From the NCBI GenBank assembly GCA_039621445.1, contig CP154954.1:43212632-43276631 (forward strand): a stretch of 64,000 nt of DNA. The letters are read 5' to 3'. Source of the stretch: Euglena gracilis. Its lineage: Eukaryota. This document shows, one piece after another, positions 12,401 to 46,076 of the stretch; position 1 is the first letter of the stretch, and each line of letters opens with the position of its first letter. The notes beneath the pieces were generated by a model that was not told the origin of the DNA, did not search any database, and worked only from the letters and a program-made list of their open reading frames with translations. A program made the position numbers and the translations under genes.

Positions 12401-13154
12401 ACCCCAGCCCCTGTGTGGAGGCGGGGGGCAGGCGCCTTCTACGCCTACATGCTGTGCGTCGTCTTCTTCTGGCTGCTAATGTGCATGTCCAACATCCGGC
12501 CAGGCGGCCCCTTTTCGAAGCCGCAATTTCCACTCACACTGCCTTGTGAACGGCTTTGGTTGGCCATGCAACCTCAAGCAAGAGCCACCCCCCTGAGTGC
12601 CACTGCCCCCCCCCCCCGTTCCTCCCCCTGGTCGCAGGGGCCAACCCCCCCCCCGGAAGTTGGCCTCCCAGAAGAAGTTGGCCTCCACGTCTGCACGCCA
12701 ACGTCACCTCATAAGTCCCTCCCTCTAAAGCTATCAATTTGTCCCACATGAAAAATTTGACAGGTTTTGCAAAAATTAGACCGTCCCCGGATGCAAAGCA
12801 AAATCCTCACGTCAGTTTAAACTTTATGAGATTTCATATGTTTTCATCCGACTTTTTGGCAAAGCAAAAAAAGGGGGAATCGAGTAATTTCCAATGGAGA
12901 GGTCAGGCAACCTCCCGCACTGCCGGGAAGTTCATCTGGAGAGTTGGCCGCTGTGTTCACCAGCATTCAACCGCGACAACCACCCGGGGGCCAGGAGGGG
13001 CCCCTGCCGCCAAGCCATGCTGGAGAACCCGTACGTCACGTTCGGCCGCGGCAACGCGGAGGACGACATCAACCTCGTGCCGCTGATGGGCGTCGCCGCT
13101 CTCAAGAAGAAGCACCGCCGGAAGTTCAAGGCCACCGCCGATGCCCCGCGATAG
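6468..13154 (+). CDS. Bestrophin-like (YneE/UPF0187/VCCN-related) multi-pass membrane protein
   Basis: Exons ~6468-6485, ~6527-6618, ~8344-8410, 8737-8856, 9087-9184, 9422-9488, 9627-9732, 9964-10055, 10879-10986, 12437-12497, 13012-13154(TAG). Spliced motifs VVFPLSFSLIAAYQRREQAL, GFERLRVFSDYRTPCTIRSY and SNIQAMLENPY...AEDDINL resemble the bestrophin AY.R..E, ER...TP and E.PF...DD motifs. The start codon and first two junctions are uncertain. Confidence 0.7.
8857..9086 (+). other. Non-canonical intron
   Basis: C|GGCCGGGAAGCGGC ... GCCGCTGTCCGGGGCCC|A; restores FSL|IAAY spacing with no GT or AG at the ends. The stem needs a 1-nt bulge to fit the common register. Confidence 0.75.
9185..9421 (+). 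other. Non-canonical intron
   Basis: C|ACC-CAGGCC ... GGCCTG-GTGGG|G; CAG at +4..6 and CTG at -8..-6; in frame. Confidence 0.8.
9489..9626 (+). other. Non-canonical intron (CTG...CAG orientation)
   Basis: T|GCC-CTGCCGGAGGGGGA ... TCCCCCCCAGGCAG-CCCCC|A; gives RATFR|NFGHY. Confidence 0.75.
9733..9963 (+). other. Non-canonical intron
   Basis: C|TTG-CAGAGCCCTGCC ... GGCAGGTCCCTG-GGGAC|G; gives DLFR|LSGIG. Confidence 0.8.
10056..10878 (+). other. Non-canonical intron
   Basis: GG-CAGTGAGGCGGCCCA pairs 13/15 with TGGGCCCCCCCACTG-GGGG; gives RVFS|DYRTP. Confidence 0.8.
10384..10565. mobile_element. Foldback MITE (AACCCCCCAAATAACAC TIR family)
   Basis: TAAACCCCCCCAAATAAC / GTTATTTGGGAGGGGGGTTTA. 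Relatives at ~53855-54180, ~60061-60179 and ~61778-62190. Confidence 0.75.
10987..12436 (+). other. Non-canonical intron (CTG...CAG orientation)
   Basis: C|GCG-CTGCCTCGGGCCTCC ... GGAGGCGGGGGGCAG-GCGCC|T; gives NWHP|FYAYM. Confidence 0.7.
11364..11760. mobile_element. TA-ended MITE, same family as 20197-20611
   Basis: CCCCCCTATATCTAACGAC / GTCGTGGACATGGGGG...TA; shared internal GTCGGAGGACACCTTTTTGG motif. Confidence 0.7.
12498..13011 (+). other. Non-canonical intron
   Basis: C|GGC-CAGGCGGCCCCT ... AGGGGCCCCTG-CCGCC|A; gives SNIQAMLENP. Confidence 0.85.
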
Positions 13155-14016
13155 CCGGAGATGGTGGCCCCGGCCGGGGAGGACCGGCCTGCGGCCTGGC
13201 GGGGGGAGTCATAATTTGCAGTGCTCTGTGCTGAATACTGTCCGCTGGTCAGTTGAGCCATATTTTTTTTCTTCAGTCGACCCCCTGGACCGGGGGGGGG
13301 GGGGGGCACCTGGCCAGGAGCGCTGTGTGGAGTGGAAAAGCGTTGGTTTGAAAGAAGGAGGTAAAGGTGTATTTTGTATGAAGTGATTTCAATAATTGAG
13401 GCTTTCAACTGAGAAATTTGTTTTCTTCCGTGCACAAAATATGTTTCAGAAATATTTCACCTGAAGCAACACATTGGTGGCAGATTATCCGCGAACTCAG
13501 GACACCCCACCCCCTTCTTCCACCCTCAAAACGTCGGATCCCCCCAAAATTATTGCCTGGCGTTTTTAGCGTGAGAAATTGGCCCACCCAAGAGCACCAG
13601 CGACCCAACCAAATGTATTAACCCAATAATACATTTGGGTTAATGTTCGCTTGTTTGGTGCCCGGGCGTAGCCACTTTTTGCAAGTTTTTCAGAGTTTAA
13701 GGGTTTTTTTAAAAAAGAGTTTAAGTGCTGCCCAGTGGGTAACTCTTTGAATTGGCCATATAGTTACATCGAGCAGAAAGCGTTCAGTTGTTGCGTATGA
13801 AATATTTACCCTGGTCCTCTGAATTTATATATAAAACCCATGAATTTCTGACAACAATGCAGGTCGGCCCGGGCTCGTTTGCGGGGAGGATGGAATCGTG
13901 GGAGGTTGCGCCACAGCCCACATTTGCCACCCCCACGGAACCTAGCCCCCCCCCCCCCCGTTGTCCACAATGCATTGTGTCGTTAACACACCTCGTGTCA
14001 ACACAACACTTTTGGA

Positions 14017-14057
<41 letters not shown>

Positions 14058-15839
14058 CCCGAAAGCTCTGCCAAAATTTTGAATTTGCTTTGGGCAGCAA
14101 GATTATTTGTCTGTTCCGCCGACCCATAGAAAGCTTTTTTCCCTCAAATTTGATGAGCTGGCCCAATATTTGGCCCAAACAGCGCCCAAATTGTTGAAGA
14201 GAGTTATTTGATATTGCTGTCCGCTGACGGTACCGTTTCGTTGGCACACGCCCATGTCACCAGAACGTTTGTGTGTCTTGGGCGGGTGGGGGTGAGGTAA
14301 CCTCCCAGTCGACCTGGTGAAACTCATCCCAAAAAAAATTAAAAAAAACATCTGCTATATCCCCTCCATCGTAAAAGTTAGACCCCCCTGAAAAAAATGC
14401 CCCCCCCCCCCTTGCAAAAGAAGCCAAAAACAAAACCCAAAACAAACGAAACACTGAACAAGTAGAGGGAAACAGCATGAAAATTTAGGTTGCAAATTCT
14501 GGTATTTACGAAAGACTGAACCTCCCCCCCCCAGTCTTTCTCTTTTTCAAGTGCCGCGTTGCACTTTTATGAAGCCTAATGAAATCCACTAGCTTTTATT
14601 TGTTTGAGAACCTACGGACGATCCTCTTGGAGGTGTTTCATCCCACCCCCTCCCAAACCCTACAAAAATGGTCAAAAAATATTTTTTCTGGCCTCGCGAT
14701 CAGTCAGCCTGGATTGTAATTAACCATACCAAAGGGTCATGCAGGGGAAATGAAGGGAGAGGGTAACAGAACTTTCATTTGGCACCCCAAATGAAAAAAA
14801 AAATCTCTTGTTACAGAGAAACCCGTAGCATGGAATTTGGACATGAGAATTTGGAAAACTCGTTGAATCAAGCATCGGGAGGTTCTGAAATATCGATTTT
14901 TGCAAGAAGATATGGCATAAAAATGGATTTTTTGGCCCCCTGCAGATTTGGCCCCTAAAACAGCTTAAGATGGCTTAGAATTCAAATATTTTGTGATTAA
15001 ATTTGTTCAGCCACCAACAAGGTGCCCAACCACCAAAAAAGAGCTCCTGTCGGCAAGCACCTATACTAAAATGAGAAGTGTGTGAATTAAACACGTTTTC
15101 TGGGCATTTTTGACCGTTTTTGGGGGCCTTTTTTAGGCATTTGGGGTGATCACAGTCATTCTGGCTCATTTATATGAGCAAAAATAACTCATTTTATTCT
15201 TTCCACACACATCTCAAACGAAAATCAGGCACCTGATTTGTAAATTGAAATTGAACATATAATTTTTTGTTCACATTTGGAGACATTGTACTGCAAAAGA
15301 CCCAAGCATTAACTCTGCTATACTTTTTACCTTTGAAGCATGTGACACATGGGAATTGTGTCCAAAATATATGTGGTTCTCACAATATTTTTCCTAAATT
15401 CTTTTTTGCTTGTCGGCAATTCATCCCAATCAGAAGACTTTTTTGAACAGTTCTTCACTTCGATTTCATCATTTTTCACCACATTTGCACGTTCTTTGAG
15501 CAATGTGTTTTATTAACAAATTCTCAGGGGTTTATAGCAACTTTGGTTTCGAAAACAACCCAAAAATTATCAAAAATATAGTCTCGTGGACCCCTCGCCT
15601 GATGGGTAATAATAGCCTAAATTGGCTTCAAATAACCTTAAATGGACAGTTCTTTGGGTTTGACATAAGGTGCCTGATGGTGGCCAGCAGCAACAATTGT
15701 CAACAATCACCTGGTTTGTGGGGATTGGATCCTCTCCGCTTTCAGAGGCCCATCACCACATATTCTGCCCCCTCCTGAACTTGCAGTGGCTTCCGTGGGG
15801 AAGAACAGCACTCCTGAACGGGCCTGTCTGCTCTTTTCG

Positions 15840-16246
<407 letters not shown>

Positions 16247-17593
16247 TTAAATTTGGGAGGGAGATGGGTGTCCACGACAGGTCCGCCCCCTGCCAGCATC
16301 GAGCAACTGGTGCGAGTCCCGTTCTTCCCTGCGTGCTAGTGAATTGCTGACCCGTTTATCTACTTATGAATAAGAGTGCACAAATGCCTATGCGGCTCTC
16401 TCTCTCTCCATGGATGGGGTTGACAAGTTGATTGATTGATGTAAGGGGGGTGAATTGCCGGAGGCAGACAGTCGACAGTCAAGCACACACGTGCACGCAC
16501 ATGCGGAAAGAGATGACGAAAGAAGCCAACAGGGGTAAGTGTTTTGGTGGGGTTGAGCGGGACGTGGTTCTGTGTTGAAACAATGCTGAAGACCAGAAAG
16601 CCGTCATTGATTTCGAGTTCAGTTCTCTGGGAAGGATAGAGAGGGCCGCTGGGTAGTTCCGCTTTCCCCATCCGCTGACCCCACACCGCCTGTCCTTCCC
16701 TGACCCCAGTGACCCCTCAGCCCCCTCGGCCCCCCAGAACAGCCGTCACGCATCGCTTGGCTCACGGTCGGAGAGTCAACGCTGGACAGGGTGTGGCGTG
16801 AAAGTGCATTTGCATACTCTGGTGTCTGTCCCGTCGCTGAGAGGAAAGGCATCCTCCACCTCTTCACCCCCCCCCCTGCCCCTGTCCCCATCCAACTTTT
16901 TTTGGCAATCGTGCAGCCCAGCGTTTCATCGCCACCGCCCCACCGATTACCAGCAAACACCTTTTTTTTTTGCAGGTCAGCTCCGACTTCAGACCCCCCC
17001 CCCCCCCGAAACTGTCCTCAACCCTCAATATTTGTTGGCATCTCCTCCGGGAACGATCTCCTGTCCTTGTACCGTCCAGCAGCCGGCCGGACCCCGACCC
17101 ATCCACCCAGAGGGGGGTCCAACAAACACCTGTTTCCTCCAGCCGGGGAACCTCACTGCGAAGTGACGCCCTGGTTTGGCTGATTTGTCAGTTCAGGAAG
17201 TTGCACAGGGTCCCTGGAACTGGCCGACCTGTCGGATGACAGCCTCCCAGCGGAGAGGGGGGTAGGTACCATCCCCTCCCCCAGACAGTGCAATTATCTC
17301 CCTCCAACCAAAATGGCCGAATCTGCTCATTTGGGTGATTTTCCAATGGAGATATGCGAAAATCCTGTTCCACGTCAACAACTGCTCGAGGCACGGACAC
17401 ATTTGACACAAATATATATCAAACATATTGCATGCATTCTTGTGGTCTCTTAGTTCCACCTGCTCCCTACTTTTGAAAAGCAATGTGTGCACTGCGAAAA
17501 TGTCATGCCAGCGGTATATGGGGAAAGTCTCATCTGCAACAATAGGAAGATTTTGCAAAAAAAAAAGCAGTGTTAACTTGGGTTCACTCTTTC

Positions 17594-17837
17594 CAGGGCT
17601 GTATGGGAATTCCCGAAACCCTGTGGGGCGTGGATGGGGGCGGTCGACCTCCCCCCCCCCCCCATGGGCCTTCCCTAATTTCCAGGGCGCCAATTTCGGT
17701 CAAAAAAATTCTTCAATGCCTTCGGCGCCGAAGAATTTTTCCCTGAGGGTGCTGGTAAGTGGGGGGGGGGGGGTCCCCCCACCTCCCGGATTGGGGTGCG
17801 AGTCGACCACCCCCCCCCAGCTTTCCGTACAGTCCTG
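17594..17837. mobile_element. hAT-like MITE with 8-bp TSD
   Basis: TIR CAGGGCTGTATGGGAA / TTTCCGTACAGTCCTG; flanks ACTCTTTC and ACTCTTCC (7/8). Confidence 0.85.
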
Positions 17838-18577
17838 ACTCTTCCCAGCTTGAATCTCAATCTGAACAGCGACATCCTGTCATCCCCTCCTCTTTTCCCA
17901 CTTTCGGGCAAATATATCTGAAGTGATTTTTTCCATGCCAGCAAAGGAGATTTCATGATAATGAAGCGTTTGACCACATCTCCAAGCCTGCCAGCCTCGC
18001 TGAGACGGATTCATTTACCAACCCCCTCCCTCTAACAGTCTAAGAAACCGTCCTGTACCCTCTGGCCTGTTGACCTGTCCTCATAGGGACCTGTTTCCTA
18101 CCGTTGTACTCGCCGATTGTACTGGAGACTGTTTCCCAGGGTGTCGTGGGATATTCATTTTTTGCTTATCTCATAAATCAGGAGTTTTCTGATCCGCGGA
18201 TCAGAGGAGGTAGGTATGATCCCTGCAAGAGGTATGTGCCTCCCGCTTTCTTGCATTGAAGCAAGAGACACTGTCTGTTGTTTTTTTGTTGGCGTTTGGT
18301 CCAAGCCCCCCGCCTTGGCTTGTCCGGTAATACTTTCAACAACCTCCACTGGCCAAATTCAAGCAACTGGCTTGATTCGGGAAGATTTAGATCCCCCCCC
18401 CAAAATTGCCCCCTTCCTTCTCTGGTGACCACTTCCTGGGGGGGTCCGTTCTTGCCCCTTCTGTTTTCCCCCGCTGTGTCGCATTCCCCCCTTCGTCGCG
18501 TGCACCCCATCCCCCCCCCTCCTCCACCGCCGCCCGCCCCATCGCCCAGCCCCCCCCCCTCCCGCCCCACATGTGCG

Positions 18578-29163
<10,586 letters not shown>

Positions 29164-29511
29164 CCGGCCGGGCGTCCCGTTTTGATGTCTTTTTGGTGTA
29201 GCAAGCATTCCCATGGGGGAGGGGGGCGGAGTGCCAGTACTGGAAGGTTGGATTGACCTCGCAGTCGGGAATTAAATACCCAGCAGGACAGGCTGGCAAC
29301 TTGATTGACATCTCCCAATGAGCGTGAAGTGTCTGTGAAGGCAAATACAGCTCTGATGGATGTGGGGATATTAAAAAAAAAATGAGGAGGGTTTTATGAA
29401 TTCTGTCGTTGCTTGCAGGCTGCACCTCCTGCAGAAATCTCGCCAATTTTACAATTTCATCCTACATCAGTCTTTGACAATTGGTGGGGTGCTTCCTTTG
29501 GGATCTTGGTA

Positions 29512-33190
<3,679 letters not shown>

Positions 33191-33706
33191 GGGGGATGGT
33201 TGGGGTGTAATCCCTCTAGCGAACAACCCTAATGCTGCACTGTGCCGTCTATGCCGCCCTGCTCTCTGAACCTGACTCTCTCACCTCCAAGTGTGTCTGT
33301 GTCGTAGCAGTAGGATTAGCAAACACCTCTCTTCCACATTTGTAGATGCCGTGCTCTCTGTACAGCTGATGGTCATAAATCGCAATGTCTCCTCGTGGCG
33401 GCAGCTGTGAACTGGTATATGACATCCCCATCCAGAAATGGAGGCAAATGTCATGCTTGGTCTGTTCTCTGGTCCCAACGGCTGTTCTTTTTCCTTCAAT
33501 TTGGTGATTTTTTGATCTTTCTCTGTGGAGCATGAGCTTTCGCTTATGGGTTATTTGGGGACTTTTAATGTCTCTTCCTGAAGTCTACAAAAGGTGGTAA
33601 TTTAATAAATGAAGCTGGTAAAAAGTTTATATATATATATATAACTTTTTATTCATTGTTTTATTTAGTGTTGTTTTATTTTATATATATATATATATAT
33701 ATTTTT

Positions 33707-33745
<39 letters not shown>

Positions 33746-34593
33746 TATTTTTATTCAGTGTTGCTGAGTTAGTTAGGTGTTACATTCCTGAATAACAATG
33801 GGAGAAGGCTGAAGATCATCCGCCCCCTTTCCCCAAGGACAAACATGAAAAATGATAAATTTTTCTGGAAAACCGTCTGGCGATAAATGTTGTAAATTCA
33901 TCCAGAATCCCATGCTGTTTCCACAGTCCCCGCACAGATGTCCAAAAGCGCATTCAATGAAAGAAAAATGGTGTTAACACCACATTGCCTTCAGACAAGG
34001 TAAAAAAAAAAACGGGTCCGTCAACAGTTTTCAGACATTGTCCAAAATAGAATTGGGGATATTAACCCAAAGGACGATGCAAAGGAGCAAAAAAAGTTAT
34101 TTGTGGTGTCCGGGGGGGGGGGGGGTGAGAAAAAATACACTTTCTCGGTCATTCTGTTTTCGTTTTGCAACATTGGTGGATGTATTGAGCCGTCTTCCAA
34201 CAACAAAAAAAGTGCAGGAACATGAAATTTGCAATTCTGGGAACATGGTGGTTCCAAAAGTAAATATTTTTGGCCCGAAAATCAAAAATGACAAAAATTT
34301 TGATAAAAAGTTTGGTCTCAGGGAAAATCTGGTCCAGATGCAAAACAAGGCAAATATTTCCCAGAACAACTCAAGGGGAAAAAAAACAAAAATTACCAAA
34401 TTGGACAATTTTGACAAAATTTTGCCAAGATTGGGAGAGAATGCAAACAAATGGGAAAGCAAAGCGCCGATGTGCCCCCCCCGCCTTGTGAATAATTTGT
34501 GGAATGGCCGCAACTCATTGCACCTTCAATTGTCCAGTTCATGTGGAAAATGCAGAAAGGGAAAAAATTGCAGAAGAATTTCGGAGACTGCGG

Positions 34594-35000
34594 CAGGGGT
34601 TTTCTTTGGGACCCCAGGGGGGTCCCACGGGTTGGAAAAAAGGTGCTGGCTGGACCCCCCCAGGGGTTGTGGGTTCGGGGGGGGGGAGGGGTCCAGCCGG
34701 CTGGGAGCTGGACCCGATTGGTACCCCAAAAAGATGCCCCCCAACAGCCTAAATCCAACAAGAATTGGAGGTGAAGAACCAAAACCACCCAAAATGCCAT
34801 TTCTGACACCCTTTTCCCAAAAAATTTTCGCCAATTTGTGCCGAAAAAAAATTTCAGTCCTGCCCGGCTGGCCCGAACTTTCAGCGGACCCCCCCCCCGG
34901 GGGGGTCCCAGCTGGGAGGTGCCGGCTGGAGAAAAGGTGCTGGCTGGCTGGACCCCCCCCTGGGTGGGGCAGGGTCCCCTCCGGCTTAAAAAAAACCCCG
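34594..35000. mobile_element. Degenerate CAG-ended MITE
   Basis: CAGGGGTTTTCTTT ... AAAAAAAACCCCG; TSD decayed (4/8). Internal AAAAGGTGCTGGCTGG motifs are shared with ~6780-7030 and ~60950-61340. Confidence 0.6.
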
Positions 35001-35247
35001 AACAACAGAAAACACAGAAAACTGCGGGAAAATTGCAGATATCAATCAGTCCCCTCCAGAAGAATTGTGTCCATTCCCGATATCATTTTGCCGTAGTTTT
35101 TCTGATGGCTTTGGATTTTGGCACAAGAAGCAGCAAACGTTACAGCTGCCACAAAAGCAGGAAGAAATGGGAATGTGAGAAAATGTGATGTGATGGCGCG
35201 TAAAGATAAACTCTTCTGTGTATATGTATGTATACGTACATATACAT

Positions 35248-35766
35248 GGCAGCATCACTCTTAATGCCCCCCAGGCCGTTAAGAATGATCGGGAGGGGGG
35301 TCGTATGGATTACCGGGTCCGACCTTTTTCTTTTCGGGCCCACGGCGCCCCCGAACCGCGCCAAATCCAGGCCACCACCGGCGGATCCGGGGACGTGTGC
35401 GCCTTTTTTTAGGAATAGGGTTAGGGTTAGGATCGGCTTGGCGAAAATCGGCCCTATTTAGGGACAGAGTCAGGCCGGAAGTTATGCCCCCATTTTGGGG
35501 ATTTTTTTGATTTTGGGGAACACTTTTTGCCACCTAATTGCCCAAAGTCGACCTATATTCTGCCGAGCTTGGTCTGAAATGCAACCTAACTTCTCCCTAT
35601 ATTCCTAAGAACGTGAGTCCTCCGGGAATCCGGTCGGAACCCTGGCTTTATCACCTATCCATGGCCCCGACTTTCCCCCAAACTTGGTGCCGGGTGTCAC
35701 TGTCTCCCCCCCCCCCACGACCACTACTCACCCCCAGGGGGGGGGGGCAAGTAGTAGGCAGCTGCC
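35248..35766. mobile_element. GGCAGC...GCTGCC element with long imperfect TIRs and short TTAGGG repeats
   Basis: Flanked by ACAT on both sides. The left arm is reverse-complement-similar to orphan right arms ending at 24910 and 26547. Confidence 0.6.
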
Positions 35767-36375
35767 ACATGCATATATAATGAATATGTATATTATGAAT
35801 ATGTGATGAATGTAATATGAATATGTGATTTTTACCAAATAACCTTACAGGAGGTTTTGGATTCATTCAAATATATTCTGTTCCATTGCATGGCACAATG
35901 TAGACAAAGGGGTGATTGAAACGGAGTGGCTGAATGGAGGCTTAATCCAACACACAATGTCAGGTATGGCAATGACCAAAAGCAAAAATCTTGTGCTGTG
36001 GAATGGGGAAAATTTCGGGTCATGTATCAACATGGTTTTAGGGGTCCTCTTCGAATCCATCCAGCAGCTGAATTTCGTGTCAGCCATCTTGTCAAGCCAT
36101 GTGTCCGAGGCCCACAACACACAAACACAAGCGCGCACAAACACACAGCGGGCACACGCACACACACGCGCGCGCGCGCGCACGCACGCACGCACACACA
36201 CAACACCCACCCACCCACCCACGCACGCACACACGCACACACACACACACCACCCCTCACACACACACACACACGACGACACACAACACACACACAAAAC
36301 ACGCATGCAACGCAAACCTCTCCTAGCAGTGTCCGCCGTGGTCCCTATTGGCCTCCTGACAGCCCCCCTCGCCAT

Positions 36376-42577
<6,202 letters not shown>

Positions 42578-44326
42578 CCCCCGCCCGGCCGGCGCCGCCA
42601 CCATCCCCCACACCGCGCGGCCCTGTGCCGCCACACCTCACCACTGCCCCGTCCCTTTGGCACAGGCGGGGGTGCTGGCCCTCCCCCTCCCCCGAGCGAA
42701 CCCCAACATCCCTCGTCTCTCCTGACCCTCGTCCGTTGCGGTGCGACGGCGCTTGTGAGGCCCACCCCGGGGCCAGGGGTGTGTGCCGCCCGCCGTGCTC
42801 TGGGGGTGGCCTGGCTTTGCCCTGACAGGGACAGGCTGCATTTCTTGTAAACCCCCCAAAAATCAGACCTCCCCCCGGGCGGATTGAGCAAAAGCTCAAC
42901 AATTAGACCCCCCAAATTTAAGCCCCCCCCCCCATGACGATGCCAGGTGTCAAGGACGGTGAAAAACACCTTGAAAAGTATTCCGATTTTGTGGACAGAA
43001 AGATGAGATTGCTGATATTCTGGGATTTTTGAGGCCCGAAAATATTGTGAGTTCTCGATCAAGCCAAATTTCACACGGTGACAAGCGGAGAGTTTTGGGG
43101 CTTAACCCCAAAAGGAAGATTTTTGGGGGCCTGACTGGTCGGTCAACAAAACATCCAAAAATAAAGCCTCCCAAAGATAAGACCACTTTTGAAGGTTTCC
43201 AGCAATGAACCCAGAAATAAAATCCTGGTTTTTGGAGGGGGGTTATTCGGGGGGGGGGGGGTACCCCCACCATTTCCATTTCCATTTCCATGCCCGAATT
43301 TATGTCCCTAAAATTACATAACCCCTACATTCAAGCAACCTTTGGGGCCAAACCGACCGACACCCAAATTTAAATTTGAATAACCCCAAAGTTTAACAGA
43401 GGGAATTTGATGGCCGCATTTTTCCCGCAATTTCGCAATTTTTCCGCAATTTTTCCGCGACTTTTTCATTTTTTCCCGCAATTCTTTCCTCTCTCCTGAA
43501 TTTTTCTGCATGAACCTGATTCCAGCCATTTCTCAAACGTTTCACAAGGGCACCCAGGTGCTTTTTGCTGCTATTTTCTTCGCAAGTTTGCCAAATTTTG
43601 CAAGTTTGTAAATTATAAAAATTTAGCAAAATTTTTCGCAAAAATTGTCAATTGGCTTTTTTTTTAGGTTTTTCCCCGATTTTTGCTGCGAAATTTTTTG
43701 GACCCAGAAAAATTCCGCATCCTGACCAGATTTTACCTGATACCAAAGTTTTTTGTCATTTTTTTTTCCATTTCAGATTTTCCATTTCCAAATCAGCATG
43801 TTACCAAAGTTACAAAAAAAAATGTTTTTGGGAGCTTTTTTTGTTGGAAAAAATGTGGATAACGACTCAAAGTTTACACCTGTGTTGCAAAATGGCCAAA
43901 TTCCTGAAATTCTTATGAGTCCCCTCCAGCAGACGTGCATTTATTCCCAGAACTGCAATTTCCGCAATTTTCCTGCAATTTTCTTGCAATTTTTCCGAAG
44001 GCATTCGATGTCAATATTCCCTGAAATGCAGGTAAGATTAAAGGAAAATCTCCAATCCAACCAATCATCAGCAACGAAGCCACAAGTTTACAAATTACTG
44101 CCTTTTTTCAGACGTGAATTTTCCTCAACGCATGTGCCCCCTCATACTTTCAATGGAAAAATGGCATTTTTTTCGTAGACCCGTGTGGTCCAAGTTTAAG
44201 CAACCCTTCCAAATGCAGCAACCCCCACAATGCTTATGTTTGGGCGGGGGGGGTACGTTGGGTCACCCCCCCCCAACCGCCTCGCCGCCCCCACTCCCCC
44301 TACACACGCAGAGACCGCCCCCTCGC

Positions 44327-46039
44327 ATGTCGCTGTCGGCGGGCCTCGGCTCCTTCGGCCCCGCTCGCCTCGCGGCGCTGCGCCCGCTGCTGGGGCCGCT
44401 GTGGCACGCCGCCGCTACGCTGGCCACCGCCGGTGGGGCCGGCCTGGCCGGGGCCGGGCAGAATGGCACAAGTTTGGGCCTCGGATGACTCGCAGTACTG
44501 TGAGCTGCAGTTGTGTGCAAAGGTTGGTTAACCTTTGTTACCTTGGTTACCTTGGTCACCTTGGTTAACGTGCCCGTGTCAAAATACTCAATGCTGCTCA
44601 CCCACCCCCAGAAAACTGTCATGCCCGAGAACCTGTACCTTGTCAATGTAGGAATTGTCAGGGTTCCCAGTACCAGCCAACCTGTCAGGGTCATTTTCAT
44701 TGATGTTCCTTTGAAATCCCCCACCCGAGAAATTTTCAGGGTCCCTCCCGGGAAACTGTCAAGGTCTTTGGTACCGCCAACCTGTCAGTGTTGGAAGTTG
44801 TTAGGGTCCCCGGTAGTCAGGCGACAGTTTCCGGGGGGGGGGGGGGTCTCTCACCCGGCCAGGCGGAGCAACAAAAGAGCACTGGTGTAAGGGGTACCTG
44901 GCCACTCACCACACAGCAAGCTGGGCCAGAAGCGAAGTCAGCGCCGGCCATAAACAGACAAGAAGCCTTAGTGCAACTAAAGGGGGGGGGGGTATTTAGT
45001 ACCTGAACCACAAACGAAATTTAAATTCTGCATCTGGGAGAACCCCTCTTTCTCTCGTTGCATTTCGATTGCCCAAAAGTGTTCCTGACAATTTTCTTCA
45101 GAAGAGTTTCCAGGCACCCAACCATAGATTCATTTAACATGTGTGACCCGTCCCCGGGGGGTGGGTTTTTGAGAGTGGGTGGGTGGGTTGGGGCCAGGGA
45201 AAAGTGCCCACCCCCCCCCCCGGGGTCGCCAAGTGAATCTATGCACCCAACCCCCCTCCTCCTCTAATCTCATTGATCCTTGCAAATGGAGCGGGCCAAT
45301 ACGTCACCCAAGCGATGTTTCTCAGTCTTGCCAGAATCGCCCTGAACAGCAACCGACGGCTCCATCCCCATCGTATCCAAAACCCAGTTGACGGCCCGCA
45401 TCAACCGCCACCGGGAGGAGCCGTTCCAGCCAGGTGGCACGTGGCCGGGCTTTTTGCGCATGCCGCACTCCGTTGGGGGGGTGGCCCAAATGTGCCCACA
45501 GCACACGCGCACATGCATACACCCATACACCAACACACTCATTTACATATTCACTGCATTGGTTGGTAAGTTCTTGCCCCCCCCCACACACAGGGAGCCA
45601 ACTCTGGATACAGCCTGTTCATACGCTCACACGCATATGCAAAGTGGGCAGTGGCATTTCGGCTGATGGAGGCATCTCCCAGCCCAACTCTGACCCAGTC
45701 CATGCTGGAGCAAGCTGGGGCATATCGGAAGTGTGAACCAAGCACAAGCCAGCCGCCTGTCTCTGATTGTGGGACGTCCGCACCCCTGCGGAGGTCCAGC
45801 AGGGAGCCATTCCGACCAGCCAGCATGTCCCCGCCGGCCCATTGCTTGCAGGCAAGGCCAGAATTTGGCAACCCACCCGCCCGCCCGCCCGCGCGCGCGC
45901 ACACACACGAGAGAGAAAGAGAGACCCGCACATAAACGCACACACGCACACAACAAAAACACACCACGCCTACACACAAACACACACACCATACACACAG
46001 GCACATAGCACACGCACAGAACATGCACACACACACACC

Positions 46040-46076
<37 letters not shown>

